Source of the DNA: a virus | Reading direction: 5' to 3' (one strand) | Length of the DNA stretch: 64,000 nucleotides | IMG/VR virus record: IMGVR_UViG_3300042564_004498 | Span: 64,001-128,000 of that record | Part shown: positions 26,667 to 36,697 of the stretch, piece after piece | How positions within the stretch are numbered: position 1 is the first letter of the stretch | Layout: every line of letters starts with the position of its first letter | The notes under the pieces: model-generated | Seen by the model: only the letters and a program-made list of their open reading frames with translations | Told to the model about the DNA's origin: nothing | Databases searched by the model: none | Translations under genes and position numbers: made by a program

Positions 26667-28439
26667 TTAATCAATTCTGATTACATAAAATAACTCATCT
26701 TTCACATAAATCTCATCAGCACTACCATCATAACTACTTATAGTTGCACCATACCCATCAGCATTTATCACTCCTTGGATAAAATCATCTTTGTCAATAT
26801 AATTCTCCCAATCTAACCCATAATTTTGCATGAATTCTTCCGGGTCATAATTAACATCACGAACTAACTCATTAATCTTATCTTCAATCATATCCTCAGG
26901 GAAGTCTCCGTCAGGATTGGTTTCTATTTCTTCAATCTCTTCTTTAAATTCTTCAATAAGTTCATTTAATTCATCAATCTTGTCTTGAATACTTTCATCT
27001 CCTTCACCACCATCCATATGACTTTCCATGTCATTAATATGGTTTTCAAGTTTTTCAATTTTATTATTCAAGATTTCAATTTTTTCTTCTTGGTCTTCAG
27101 ATAACATTCTATCCTCATCACTAAAATAAGATTCAGGACTATCTCTCACATCATTTTCATAAACATCTTCCGCTTCTTTAACAATAGCTTCGGTGTCCAA
27201 ATACCCTTGAGCAAATCCTGAGTTAAATCCTGTATAACCAATATCATCAATTAAATTATCCACGTAGTCATAACAACTTTTTTGCATATCATCATCATCA
27301 CCAACCCCATATCTTCTACCATCTAAATCAGCATCAATAACTTCAAATTCAGTTAAGTCATAATGTTGTCCCACAGGAACAATGTTGTACACATCAATAT
27401 GTCCATCATAAGTTGTTAATTCATCCTCAAGAGCTTCAATTTCATCTAATATTTCAACATTTTCATCAGGTTCTCCTTCTCTTTCATCATCATCATATCT
27501 TCTTTTAAGTACCTCTATCTCATTATTAATTCTTAGAATATCCGCCCTGTCATCATTAGTTAATACACTAACATCTGAATTTTCAACAAGAAAGTTTAGT
27601 AATGCATGGGCCTCTAATCCTTCATCAGGACAATCACCATTCAAATCCCATTCCTCATCTTCTCTTCTCTCTTGAGCGTCTTCCCTCATTCCTTGAACTC
27701 TCTGTTGTTCTCTTAATCTTTCAAGTCTTTCTTTTTCTTTTTTGGCAGAAGCAATATCAGAATATATTTTAAGTTGTTCTCCGTATTCTTGTTGTAAATA
27801 AGAATCAACTGAAGATATTATTTCATTAATTTTGTTTGTGTTGAGTATCCATCCATTTTTAATTGCCTCATCTTTCGCGTCATAATAAATTGTACCCCCA
27901 TCAAATTTTCTTAATAACGCAACTTTATACAATGGGTCACTGGTTGCTTTAGTTCTATCTAAAATGTAGAATAACTTTCCATCTTCATTATATCTTTTGA
28001 ATTGGTAATCAGATTCTGCCGCAGTACACCACTTGGTACCTTTACCATAATAACACGAAGCGTCATGTGTTAATGGATTAACAACAAAAAACTTTCCATC
28101 ATCATAAACAACATTACCACCCTCAACTTTTTTAACATCTCTCCGAGCCCTATTATGATAGTTCACAATTGAGTTTATTAATTCATCAGCATTTTGATAT
28201 TGTGTAATATCAGTTTTTGGTAGGTTTGTTGAAATCTTATCAAACCTTTCAAGAGCATCTACTAATTTGGTAAAGTTCTCATCAAAGTTAATGTTGTCAG
28301 ATACCTTGCCTACCCACTCAAAATATTTTTGTGGTACTTTCTCAATAATTTTGTTCAAATTTTCAGGTGAAAATTTCTTTCCATACTTGGATTTAAAGTC
28401 ATCAACTCTTCCTTCTTGTATTAATTTTAAAAAATCCAT
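26667..28439 (-). CDS. large acidic protein with N-terminal 'C-Y-G..WC' domain
   Basis: ASCYYGKGTKWCTAA; paralogous to 34214..35533; D/E-rich coiled-coil C-terminus. Confidence 0.8.
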   Translation of the reverse strand: MDFLKLIQEGRVDDFKSKYGKKFSPENLNKIIEKVPQKYFEWVGKVSDNINFDENFTKLVDALERFDKISTNLPKTDITQYQNADELINSIVNYHNRARRDVKKVEGGNVVYDDGKFFVVNPLTHDASCYYGKGTKWCTAAESDYQFKRYNEDGKLFYILDRTKATSDPLYKVALLRKFDGGTIYYDAKDEAIKNGWILNTNKINEIISSVDSYLQQEYGEQLKIYSDIASAKKEKERLERLREQQRVQGMREDAQERREDEEWDLNGDCPDEGLEAHALLNFLVENSDVSVLTNDDRADILRINNEIEVLKRRYDDDEREGEPDENVEILDEIEALEDELTTYDGHIDVYNIVPVGQHYDLTEFEVIDADLDGRRYGVGDDDDMQKSCYDYVDNLIDDIGYTGFNSGFAQGYLDTEAIVKEAEDVYENDVRDSPESYFSDEDRMLSEDQEEKIEILNNKIEKLENHINDMESHMDGGEGDESIQDKIDELNELIEEFKEEIEEIETNPDGDFPEDMIEDKINELVRDVNYDPEEFMQNYGLDWENYIDKDDFIQGVINADGYGATISSYDGSADEIYVKDELFYVIRID

Positions 28440-28521
28440 TAATCTTTTATTTAATAAATATCATTTTTATATTATAATTAAACCATAATCACTATTTATA
28501 GTAATAAAGTTATTGTTTAAT

Positions 28522-29112
28522 ATGGTAGGAGGGATTTACAAGATAGAAAATTTAATTGATGGTAAAGTTTATATCGGAAGTTCTATTAATATTATTAGCC
28601 GAAAACAAAAACATTTTTGGATGTTAAAAAAAGGGATTCACGATAATTGTCATCTCCAACATAGTTACAATAAATTTGGTGAGGATTCATTTATATTTGA
28701 AGTATTAGAAGAATGTAATAATAAAGATTTAATAATTAAAGAAAATTATCATATTTTTAAATATAAATCTAACAATAGCGAGTTTGGTTATAATTTGGCA
28801 ACCGTAAATGAATTTAGAAGAAATACATATAATAATGAAGTTAAAGTTAAATTGTCTAAATATAATTTAACCAAGAATGGTAATTTTAATACATATTCAC
28901 TAACTAATATTCAAACTAATAAAGAACACACATTTAATACATTAGTTGACGGCGCCAATTATTTAATTCAAAATGGATTTGCAAAAGGGAAATCTCGGAA
29001 TGTGAGAATGAAATTATCAAACTCGCTTAGGGGGATTAAAGTTAACAATGGAAGTAAAACAGAAACAATAAGAAAAACTTGTTATAAACATAATTTTAAT
29101 ATAATAAACTAA
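28522..29112 (+). CDS. GIY-YIG endonuclease (free-standing homing-type)
   Basis: GIYKIENL..VYIGSS..R..H..E..GYN. Confidence 0.9.
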   Translation: MVGGIYKIENLIDGKVYIGSSINIISRKQKHFWMLKKGIHDNCHLQHSYNKFGEDSFIFEVLEECNNKDLIIKENYHIFKYKSNNSEFGYNLATVNEFRRNTYNNEVKVKLSKYNLTKNGNFNTYSLTNIQTNKEHTFNTLVDGANYLIQNGFAKGKSRNVRMKLSNSLRGIKVNNGSKTETIRKTCYKHNFNIIN

Positions 29113-29127
29113 AAAAAACGAATCACT

Positions 29128-29289
29128 ATGTCGTGTGGATGCAAAAATAAGCAAAATCAAACACCTGAGCAACAAACCGCTCAAGTTCAACAGGCACAAG
29201 CTGTTAAACAACAACAAACTGAAAGCATTAAACAAGCTATCAAGAAAACTGTTGAGAAGTACTACAATGTAAATAAAACCTCTAACTAA
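29128..29289 (+). CDS. small MSCGC Gln-rich protein (53 aa; not in ORF track)
   Basis: MSCGCKNKQNQTPEQQTAQVQQAQAVKQQQTESIKQAIKKTVEKYYNVNKTSN; terminator follows. Confidence 0.7.
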   Translation: MSCGCKNKQNQTPEQQTAQVQQAQAVKQQQTESIKQAIKKTVEKYYNVNKTSN

Positions 29290-29310
29290 GGAATTTTACA
29301 TAAATTAACA

Positions 29311-29339
29311 GAGGGACAATGAAAATTGCCCCTTTTTTT
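29311..29339 (+). terminator. intrinsic terminator
   Basis: AGGGACAAT-gaaa-ATTGCCCCT followed by a T run. Confidence 0.65.
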
Positions 29340-29351
29340 GTATTTATACAT

Positions 29352-30344
29352 ATGGATTTTAATGATATAGTAGAAAAATTTAATAATGGAGATTTAGATG
29401 TTGAAAAATATTTTAACGACTATGAGACTTTCTTCAGTGTATTAAAGAAAAGAGGTTTAATGAGTGAAATAGACCCAAATAATGCCACTGATGGTGACCA
29501 ATGGCAAAATGAATATTTGTTATGGTTATACCATAATGATAAAACCGCCTTTAACAAATGGGTACCACCTCTATTGAATGATGTTATTTTTAAAGACGGT
29601 GTTTATTATTTGGATGTTGATGATAGAGGTGAGTTAAGTAAATTATTTTGTGATGGTAGAAATGATATCTCACGAAGTACTATTGAAGGTATTCTTAGCG
29701 GTGAAAGTGATTGGGACCCTTATTGGAACACAACCGATGATGTTTACAGAGATGTTGTTGAAGAGCTTAATGAAGACAATTTAAAACTTCTTGGTGAATA
29801 CATTGTATCTAATCTTGAGGGTAAAGAAATTGAACCAGAAACCGAACTTTTGTCTGACATTGCAACATCCCAAGGAACTGAAAATCCAATCATTAATTAT
29901 GAGAATGTTACTCAAATAATTAGAGACGAAGAAACATTAAAATATTTGTGGGACACTGGATTACCAGAACTACACGGAGAATTGTATAGTATTCATAGTC
30001 AATCATATAATAATGCGTATGAAGATACTGTTTGGGAAGAAGTTTGGAATGAACTTAGTACTTACTTTATAGGTCATGGCGAATGGGTATCAAGACCTCA
30101 CAGATATAAAAAAGATACCGAAGTTCAACACTTTGTCATACCAATAGCCAATTTTGAATCCGATATTGTTAAATTTTTAGAAGATAATAAAGGTTACGGT
30201 AATTCAGGTACTTTAGAGTATTGGGGTAGTTACGTAGATGTTTTAAAAGAATGGGCTGATTGTTTGGGTGTTCGCTCACCAGATTACCCTGATTTTCAAA
30301 AAGTAGATAAAAATATAAATGAATTATTTCCTGATTATATTTAA
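29352..30344 (+). CDS. hypothetical acidic protein
   Basis: Start reassigned to MDFND, 4 nt after TATTTAT. Confidence 0.8.
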   Translation: MDFNDIVEKFNNGDLDVEKYFNDYETFFSVLKKRGLMSEIDPNNATDGDQWQNEYLLWLYHNDKTAFNKWVPPLLNDVIFKDGVYYLDVDDRGELSKLFCDGRNDISRSTIEGILSGESDWDPYWNTTDDVYRDVVEELNEDNLKLLGEYIVSNLEGKEIEPETELLSDIATSQGTENPIINYENVTQIIRDEETLKYLWDTGLPELHGELYSIHSQSYNNAYEDTVWEEVWNELSTYFIGHGEWVSRPHRYKKDTEVQHFVIPIANFESDIVKFLEDNKGYGNSGTLEYWGSYVDVLKEWADCLGVRSPDYPDFQKVDKNINELFPDYI

Positions 30345-30418
30345 TATTTTTATAATCTTCTATTCGTTTTATTTTTTAAAATCCCTATTATTCACTCAAT
30401 AAATAATAATTTAACTTA

Positions 30419-31177
30419 TTGATGAATTTAAAGAAAATCGGAAGTAATATCTTTGCAACAAATTTATTTGCAGATTTCATATTATCTAAAATACCAAAAG
30501 AAGAACAGTCTATCATAAAAGTGATTGATTGTACCAACTTCTTTGTAATTAAAGGAAAAACAACTTATAATGAAGTTTTAGACATTTCAACTTTAACTTC
30601 AGAATTTGAAAAAAAATACAAATCAATAATTAAAGATGTTAAAATAAGTCACTCGATTGACTTAATTGAATATGGTGTTGATATGTCATCTACATCAGAG
30701 ATTACTCACACTTATTATTTTACCGACAATTGTGCTTATAATCAAAAACAAATTGATTTATTTAAGTCTGAGGATTGTACATACACTAATGAATATGTCC
30801 CTAAAAAAATAACCAATGAAGAATTGGTTACTGTATCTGAATTTCCTCATGGATATTCTCTCGGCCAAGGTAGATTATTATATTACTACGGTAAACACAT
30901 ATTTTATAGTATTCCGTCAGATTATTCAACACAATCATTAACATTCAATTTAACCACATTAAAAGATGAAGATGGTGATAACCTACTTAAAGTGTTTAAC
31001 CCATATCTTGGAACCAATGACGATAGATTAGTTTCCGCAATTTTAGATGTTTTTGATTTTGATATGTCTTGGTTAAGTACTGAAATGAAAAAAGTGGATT
31101 GGAGTATAGAACTCACAAATCCACTTAAAGAATATTCTGTAATTAAAGAAAAAAATAAAGATTTAATTTTATTCTAA
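30419..31177 (+). CDS. hypothetical protein, possible degenerate MetK-like fold
   Basis: FADFILSKI..FVIKGKTT, RLLYYYGKHI, ILDVFDF; the family call is weak. Confidence 0.6.
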   Translation: MMNLKKIGSNIFATNLFADFILSKIPKEEQSIIKVIDCTNFFVIKGKTTYNEVLDISTLTSEFEKKYKSIIKDVKISHSIDLIEYGVDMSSTSEITHTYYFTDNCAYNQKQIDLFKSEDCTYTNEYVPKKITNEELVTVSEFPHGYSLGQGRLLYYYGKHIFYSIPSDYSTQSLTFNLTTLKDEDGDNLLKVFNPYLGTNDDRLVSAILDVFDFDMSWLSTEMKKVDWSIELTNPLKEYSVIKEKNKDLILF

Positions 31178-31473
31178 ATAATTCCTACGTTTTTTCTATG
31201 TTGATTAACAATATCAACCGCTTCTGTAAGTTCATAATAATTTTTATCAGGAACATATAAAAAAGATTCATGGTTTTCACCATCACCTTCAATAATTAAT
31301 AATGCAGGAATCATATCGTTTTCAGTTATTTGACTGAATGTGTCATATTCATCCTTATAGACCTCAATATCTCTATCAAAAAATTCAACACCTTCTTTAG
31401 TTAATAACTCTTTGAACTCTGTACAAAATGGACAACCTTGCATCGTGTACACAATAACATTTAAATCTTTCAT
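31174..31473 (-). CDS. glutaredoxin-like protein
   Basis: VYTMQGCPFC. Confidence 0.85.
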   Translation of the reverse strand: MKDLNVIVYTMQGCPFCTEFKELLTKEGVEFFDRDIEVYKDEYDTFSQITENDMIPALLIIEGDGENHESFLYVPDKNYYELTEAVDIVNQHRKNVGII

Positions 31474-31478
31474 TTTAA

Positions 31479-31799
31479 TTAGTTTAACAAAGCAAGTACT
31501 TGGTCTGGTTGTAAAATCCCCGCTTGGGAGAATGTTTGCATTCCTTCCTTGAAGACTTTTATTGTTGGGACGCTTCTGATTCCTAACTCTCTCATATAAT
31601 CCATATCACTTTCGATATCAAATTTATACACCCCATATGTAGGTGTTCCTGTAGATTCTTTAATTAACGATTCATTAACTTTTTCTAAGTTAACTAACAT
31701 TACTTTACATGGGCCACACCATGTTGCGAATAAATCTAATACAAAACTTTCTTTGTTAATAATTTTTTGTTTTAATTCTTCAGATGTTATTTGTTGCAT
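31479..31799 (-). CDS. trxA: thioredoxin
   Basis: WCGPC, GIRSVPT. Confidence 0.9.
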   Translation of the reverse strand: MQQITSEELKQKIINKESFVLDLFATWCGPCKVMLVNLEKVNESLIKESTGTPTYGVYKFDIESDMDYMRELGIRSVPTIKVFKEGMQTFSQAGILQPDQVLALLN

Positions 31800-32127
31800 T
31801 TTTAAATTGTTTTAATACTTGACCAATAAATAAGTCAAATTCGTTTGATTGTTCTTGTTTATAGTGAATAGTTACTTCAATCATTTGTTGTTGACCAGTA
31901 ATGTATTCATGTTCTCTAAATAAATAAATATAAAACCCTTGTGTTGTTTTATACAATTTTTCTTTATAAATTCTTTTACCATCTGTATCCATAGTAAAAT
32001 GACTATGAATTATGATTACCTTTTTACCTCCAATAAATACATCAAATTCAATTGGTAGTGATAGAGTCATTGTTGAGAATATTTCTCCTTTCTCCTCAAG
32101 TTTTAATATGTACTTAGATATATTCAT
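31780..32127 (-). CDS. hypothetical protein
   Basis: Start likely MNISKY. Confidence 0.65.
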   Translation of the reverse strand: MNISKYILKLEEKGEIFSTMTLSLPIEFDVFIGGKKVIIIHSHFTMDTDGKRIYKEKLYKTTQGFYIYLFREHEYITGQQQMIEVTIHYKQEQSNEFDLFIGQVLKQFKNATNNI

Positions 32128-33791
32128 TAGAAAAGGTCCCACATAGATTTTTCTGCGCCATCAATATTTTTATAAGACCATTTTAATTCATTGTTTTCCC
32201 AATATGAATCAGAATTAAGTTTTATACCATTCTTACATTCCTTATCAATTTTAACCGTTTTGAATCTTTTGTCCTTTAAACAAGATAATACAACATCATC
32301 TAATTTAAATAGAATATCATTCCATTCTTCCCCTAATTTATTATTAAATCTACCTAAACTTTGGATTCGTTTAATCTTAACTTTATCATCTTGTTTAGTA
32401 ATATAATACTCAATAGTCGCTCTTTCGTAATTAGACTCATTTCTGAGAGATATAATGAACGAACTCGCCTTTCCAATGTATGCCTTCACACAGTTTGATT
32501 GCGTTGAGCTTTCCTCGTTATATTCGTAACTGTTGGTTAATAAGATTGGAGCGTATTCACCAATCTTATTTTGTATTTTATTCACAAAATATTCAGGGTA
32601 ATTTCTTTGATAAAACCCTTGTTTATAAAACTGAGCCTTATCCGTCCAATCCAAGTGTTCTCGTCTGAATTCATCTCTATTGTTTTCTGACAACCATCTT
32701 AAATCTCTCTCCCCGAATAATTTTAATTCAGTGTACATTCTTATGTGGTCTTGAAAGGAATATGAATCCATCACCCCATCAACATAGACTCTTTTAAAAA
32801 TAGAATAGACTCTTTTTAATTCATCATTAGATATTAGTGTTTTAAATTCCACAGGAATATATGCATTATATTCTACTTTTGAACCTAACAATTTAGTAAT
32901 TACGTCTCCATCTTGATTTAACCAATCATCACCAAACATATCTTTAGCGTGCCGGTACAATCCAACATTCAAACTTTTACAAGTATGTAGAGCGGTCTTT
33001 AGTTTTTTACCTGATAATCCCTCACTAATCATAAACGACTCAACAAGTTTATTACCATTTTTCTTTAATACTTTTCTTATTTTTGGACCAACAAGAATTG
33101 TTGAATAACAATCAAAGTTATTAGGATATTTTATTTGTCTTTTATCTAAATAAAATTTAAATAATCTTTGACTAAAATCCATATCTCCAAAATCTTCTCT
33201 ACCATCTAATTCAAACATGAATTTAGAAATGGCTTGGATAACAATATCATTATTACTATTACCAAAAATCATTGATAGACTGTTTTTAATCTTTGACTTC
33301 ATTAAATTAATTGGGTCGTTACCAAAATAATTTCTATTAATTTTTTTAGAACACTTTATTTTATTTTGATAATTGTGAATAAATCCAGTATAAACATCAC
33401 CAGTTCTTGTATTAACACTTATGTAATCAATGTTTCTTGAAATCTTAAACCAAGTTTTACCCACTCTTCTATGTCTAAAACCATTGAAGAATTTTAAGGC
33501 AAGTTTATCCCCATTTTTTTCAACCACAACCATTGCGGTATATTTTGTTATTTCATACATTGGATTACCATAATTCTCAACATATGTTTCCTCATCTTTT
33601 GTGGTTTTTTCAACAATAAATAATGGGTGTTTTGAAGTAGGTGGATTAAACTGATTAAAAGAAATTTCATCGTTTAACCAATCATCACTTGACGCAAGTT
33701 TTTTGTCCCCTCTCCAATTGATAGGTGATATGGATTTGTGTAAGACATTGGTATAAACTTGGTAACTTTGTTTGAATAGTTCTACTTTCAT
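32127..33791 (-). CDS. PcfJ-like domain protein
   Basis: C-terminal EESSTQSNCVKAY..IISLR..RATIEY..Q..GRFN; start reassigned to MKVELF. Confidence 0.75.
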   Translation of the reverse strand: MKVELFKQSYQVYTNVLHKSISPINWRGDKKLASSDDWLNDEISFNQFNPPTSKHPLFIVEKTTKDEETYVENYGNPMYEITKYTAMVVVEKNGDKLALKFFNGFRHRRVGKTWFKISRNIDYISVNTRTGDVYTGFIHNYQNKIKCSKKINRNYFGNDPINLMKSKIKNSLSMIFGNSNNDIVIQAISKFMFELDGREDFGDMDFSQRLFKFYLDKRQIKYPNNFDCYSTILVGPKIRKVLKKNGNKLVESFMISEGLSGKKLKTALHTCKSLNVGLYRHAKDMFGDDWLNQDGDVITKLLGSKVEYNAYIPVEFKTLISNDELKRVYSIFKRVYVDGVMDSYSFQDHIRMYTELKLFGERDLRWLSENNRDEFRREHLDWTDKAQFYKQGFYQRNYPEYFVNKIQNKIGEYAPILLTNSYEYNEESSTQSNCVKAYIGKASSFIISLRNESNYERATIEYYITKQDDKVKIKRIQSLGRFNNKLGEEWNDILFKLDDVVLSCLKDKRFKTVKIDKECKNGIKLNSDSYWENNELKWSYKNIDGAEKSMWDLF

Positions 33792-33812
33792 ACCACAAAG
33801 ATAATGAAAAAT

Positions 33813-33845
33813 AAAAAAGGAGAACAAATTTTGCTCTCCTTTTTT
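33813..33845. terminator. intrinsic terminator
   Basis: AAAAAAGGAGA..TCTCCTTTTTT. Confidence 0.75.
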
Positions 33846-33851
33846 AATATT

Positions 33852-34187
33852 TTAAGACATTTTTTTTATTTCGTCTCTTATTCTTGCAGCTTCTTCATAA
33901 TCTTCATTCTCAATTGCCGTATTCAGTCTATCAGTTAAGTCATAAACCGTTTCAGTATTTGAACTTTCAAGTCTTTTTTTCTCATTTAACTGAACACATA
34001 TTTCAAGAATTTGTTTTCTAGTTAAAACATAGTCGTCCCCTTTTTTATAATTTTCAAATGAGAACTCTTTTAACATACGATAAAAATCTCGTTCCTTATC
34101 CTTTGGGACTAAACTAAGTAAGTCTTTTGGATTTTCTTTGAAAAATTTGACGAGTCCGCTTATGTAAACTTCAACATCAACATTCAT
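33852..34187 (-). CDS. UVR (UvrB/UvrC motif) domain protein
   Basis: LNTAIENEDYEEAARIRDEIKK. Confidence 0.8.
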   Translation of the reverse strand: MNVDVEVYISGLVKFFKENPKDLLSLVPKDKERDFYRMLKEFSFENYKKGDDYVLTRKQILEICVQLNEKKRLESSNTETVYDLTDRLNTAIENEDYEEAARIRDEIKKMS

Positions 34188-34213
34188 ATTATTTTAATTT
34201 AAAAGTTAAACAA

Positions 34214-35533
34214 TTAGTCTTGAAGGTCCCACATTCCTCCACCCATGTCAGTTCCTTTCGCTTTGATTGCTTCAGGTACCTCAACATTATTACTTCCTTT
34301 TAAGTTTAAGAAATATAAGTTTGGTAAATTTACAATACATTCAGGAATTGTTCTTAATTCAGGATTGTTAATCAAAGCCAAGAATCTTAATTTAGGTAGT
34401 GTACAGATTGAATCCGGTATAGATGTTACACAATTATCCAATAAAATCATATTCAAATCTTTGAATCTTCCAATTTCTTCAGGAATTGTAATTACAATAC
34501 CATTACCTTTATTATCTCTATTTTGGATTTGAAACTCTTTTAATGTATCTGGTAAATTACCAATCAAATCATCTAATCCGTAAAGAGCAATAAACTTACC
34601 AATTGCCCCGTGACTGAAACTATCAATAACTAATTTCTCTCCACCCACAGTAAGACCTTTTGCAAATTCAGGTTTAAAGAAGTCTTTTAATTCTTGCATT
34701 GGTCCGTTTAATAACGCAACCAAATCTTGTTGACGGTCATCTTTATCCATAAACTGAGCGTCAGGGAAATGGAATTGATATCTATTCTTAGGTAAACCTG
34801 TCATTGGGCTTACATCAGTATCATTAGGATTAAAAATAACATATAACGGACCCTTACTAATATATCTATCGAACCATGATGCGCCAGGAGCTGATGTACA
34901 CCATCTTGTTTCTTGGTTATTACCACCATAAAAACATGCTGCTTCTTTACCTACTGCGCCCTTATCATTAATTTCAATAACTCTCCAATCATCACCATCA
35001 AAAACAAGTTTACCACCAGGGTGAACTTCCGCTTGTTTTCTTTCAGACTTAGTTGTTGTTGCCAATGTTAAGTCAAAATCTTTAACAGCATCGTATAATT
35101 GGTCAATGGTCATCTTATTGATGTCTTTCTCTCCTTTAATTCTTGCTTTAAATCTGTCAAACTTTTTAAGGTCATCAGTAACTTTATAAAGGTCTTCCAT
35201 AAAGGTTGACTTTACTTGTGCCACTTCTCTATCGTATCCGTTATCACCAGGTTGTCTTTCTGTTGATGGTGTTAAATAATTTTTAATTAACCATTGAACA
35301 TACTTACCAGCTTTTACTTTAGATAGGTCTTCAGATTTTGCGGTATCAATATCTACATTATTTAATTTAGTTGTAGGGTCAGCTTTAACTAAATCAATAA
35401 ATTCTTTTTTACTTAATCGAGGCTTACTTTTAACCCCACCTTTATTTTCTCCTGGTTTTGTCAAAGCATTAAATAATACTTCAAATCTTGATTGCTCGGA
35501 TATAATAGTTCTTAATAACGACGTAAATTTCAT
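34214..35533 (-). CDS. 'C-Y-G..WC' domain plus leucine-rich-repeat protein
   Basis: AACFYGG..RWCTSA; LRR units IPEEIGRFKDL, IPDSICTLPKLRFLAL, IPECIVNLPNLYFLNL. Confidence 0.8.
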   Translation of the reverse strand: MKFTSLLRTIISEQSRFEVLFNALTKPGENKGGVKSKPRLSKKEFIDLVKADPTTKLNNVDIDTAKSEDLSKVKAGKYVQWLIKNYLTPSTERQPGDNGYDREVAQVKSTFMEDLYKVTDDLKKFDRFKARIKGEKDINKMTIDQLYDAVKDFDLTLATTTKSERKQAEVHPGGKLVFDGDDWRVIEINDKGAVGKEAACFYGGNNQETRWCTSAPGASWFDRYISKGPLYVIFNPNDTDVSPMTGLPKNRYQFHFPDAQFMDKDDRQQDLVALLNGPMQELKDFFKPEFAKGLTVGGEKLVIDSFSHGAIGKFIALYGLDDLIGNLPDTLKEFQIQNRDNKGNGIVITIPEEIGRFKDLNMILLDNCVTSIPDSICTLPKLRFLALINNPELRTIPECIVNLPNLYFLNLKGSNNVEVPEAIKAKGTDMGGGMWDLQD

Positions 35534-35577
35534 CTATTTTGATTTATTAATAAATATATTGTGATTGCAAAAATATG

Positions 35578-36420
35578 CTAATAATTTAAGATTAACAACT
35601 CTTCCCCCATATTTTGTGTTTTTCCTTTTTTTGCCGCCGCAGCTTTAGCAAACTCTTTCTTTTCCCATCTGTATTGAATCTGAGGAAACCAAGTGTGTAA
35701 TTGAGGAAAATCATAATAAGATAAAGAGAATTTTCCTTTAATATCTTTTAAACAATCTGCTAATCTCTCGTGGTCTGTGGTATCAAAGTCGTGGTTGTTA
35801 TAGTAGTTCTCTGTTTTCCAATATGGAGGGTCAGCATAAACATAAGTTGATGGACTATCATATTTCTGAATAACCTCTTGGAAGTCCATATTTTCCACTT
35901 TAGTAATCTTCAAGAAATGTTCTACCCATTCAGGTTTAGATAACTTATCTCTAAATGTAAGGTACTTTGATTTGTACTTCCCTTTTAAGTCAATAAACGA
36001 ACTTGTTTCAGGTTTAGACCCCGAGAATACTTGAGCTAACACATAAGCATATTTAGCTGCAACAACGTAATCGTAAGCTTGTACGCTGAAATTGGTTCCA
36101 AATATTTCAGCTTGAAACCTGATAAATTGTTCTTTATAGATGTCAGGTGTTGGAAACTCGTCCCTTTGTTGACAAGGAATATTATTCACTTCCTCCAATA
36201 ATCTTTCAGGATTTTGAAGACATTGGAATAAATTGTAATTAAGTGGATTAAAGTCGTTATAGACAACTTCTTTTAAATTTGGGTACTTGGCTAGGTCCAT
36301 GTTAAAGAACACCCAAAACATACCTGAAAATGGTTCTACATATGTTTCAATGTCTTGAGGTATGAATGGGACAATCCATTTACCTATTTTAGATTTCCCT
36401 CCGATGTATGATAACGCCAT
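35578..36420 (-). CDS. Dam-like DNA adenine methyltransferase (D12 class)
   Basis: YIGGKS, YVEPFSG, YND, DPPY. Confidence 0.9.
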   Translation of the reverse strand: MALSYIGGKSKIGKWIVPFIPQDIETYVEPFSGMFWVFFNMDLAKYPNLKEVVYNDFNPLNYNLFQCLQNPERLLEEVNNIPCQQRDEFPTPDIYKEQFIRFQAEIFGTNFSVQAYDYVVAAKYAYVLAQVFSGSKPETSSFIDLKGKYKSKYLTFRDKLSKPEWVEHFLKITKVENMDFQEVIQKYDSPSTYVYADPPYWKTENYYNNHDFDTTDHERLADCLKDIKGKFSLSYYDFPQLHTWFPQIQYRWEKKEFAKAAAAKKGKTQNMGEELLILNY

Positions 36421-36520
36421 AATTTTGTTTTTTTTAAAGTATAACAAATAAAAAATAAAAAAGCAAGTTTCTCTTTCAAATATTTTTTATTATATTTTAA
36501 GTAAATTAATATTTATCACT

Positions 36521-36697
36521 ATGGAAACAGTTGAAGGACAAATTATCGAAGAACAACCTAAAGAAGGATGTAAAAAATGTAATCAAAAACCAACATCAAG
36601 AAGACAGTATGCAACAATTGCTTTAGGATTTTATTTATTAAGTTCTGCAGTATATGGCACAATCGTTATGATTAAAAATTTAATTTCTCTTTTTTAA
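36521..36697 (+). CDS. small membrane protein with CxxC (58 aa; not in ORF track)
   Basis: METVEGQ..GCKKCN..ALGFYLLSSAVYGTIVMIKNLISLF; TATTTAT 4 nt upstream. Confidence 0.7.
   Translation: METVEGQIIEEQPKEGCKKCNQKPTSRRQYATIALGFYLLSSAVYGTIVMIKNLISLF

Noticed and set aside
28440-29130. Group I intron around the GIY-YIG gene
   Set aside because: Flanks are short AT-rich spacers with no room for a ribozyme core, and neighbouring genes are complete
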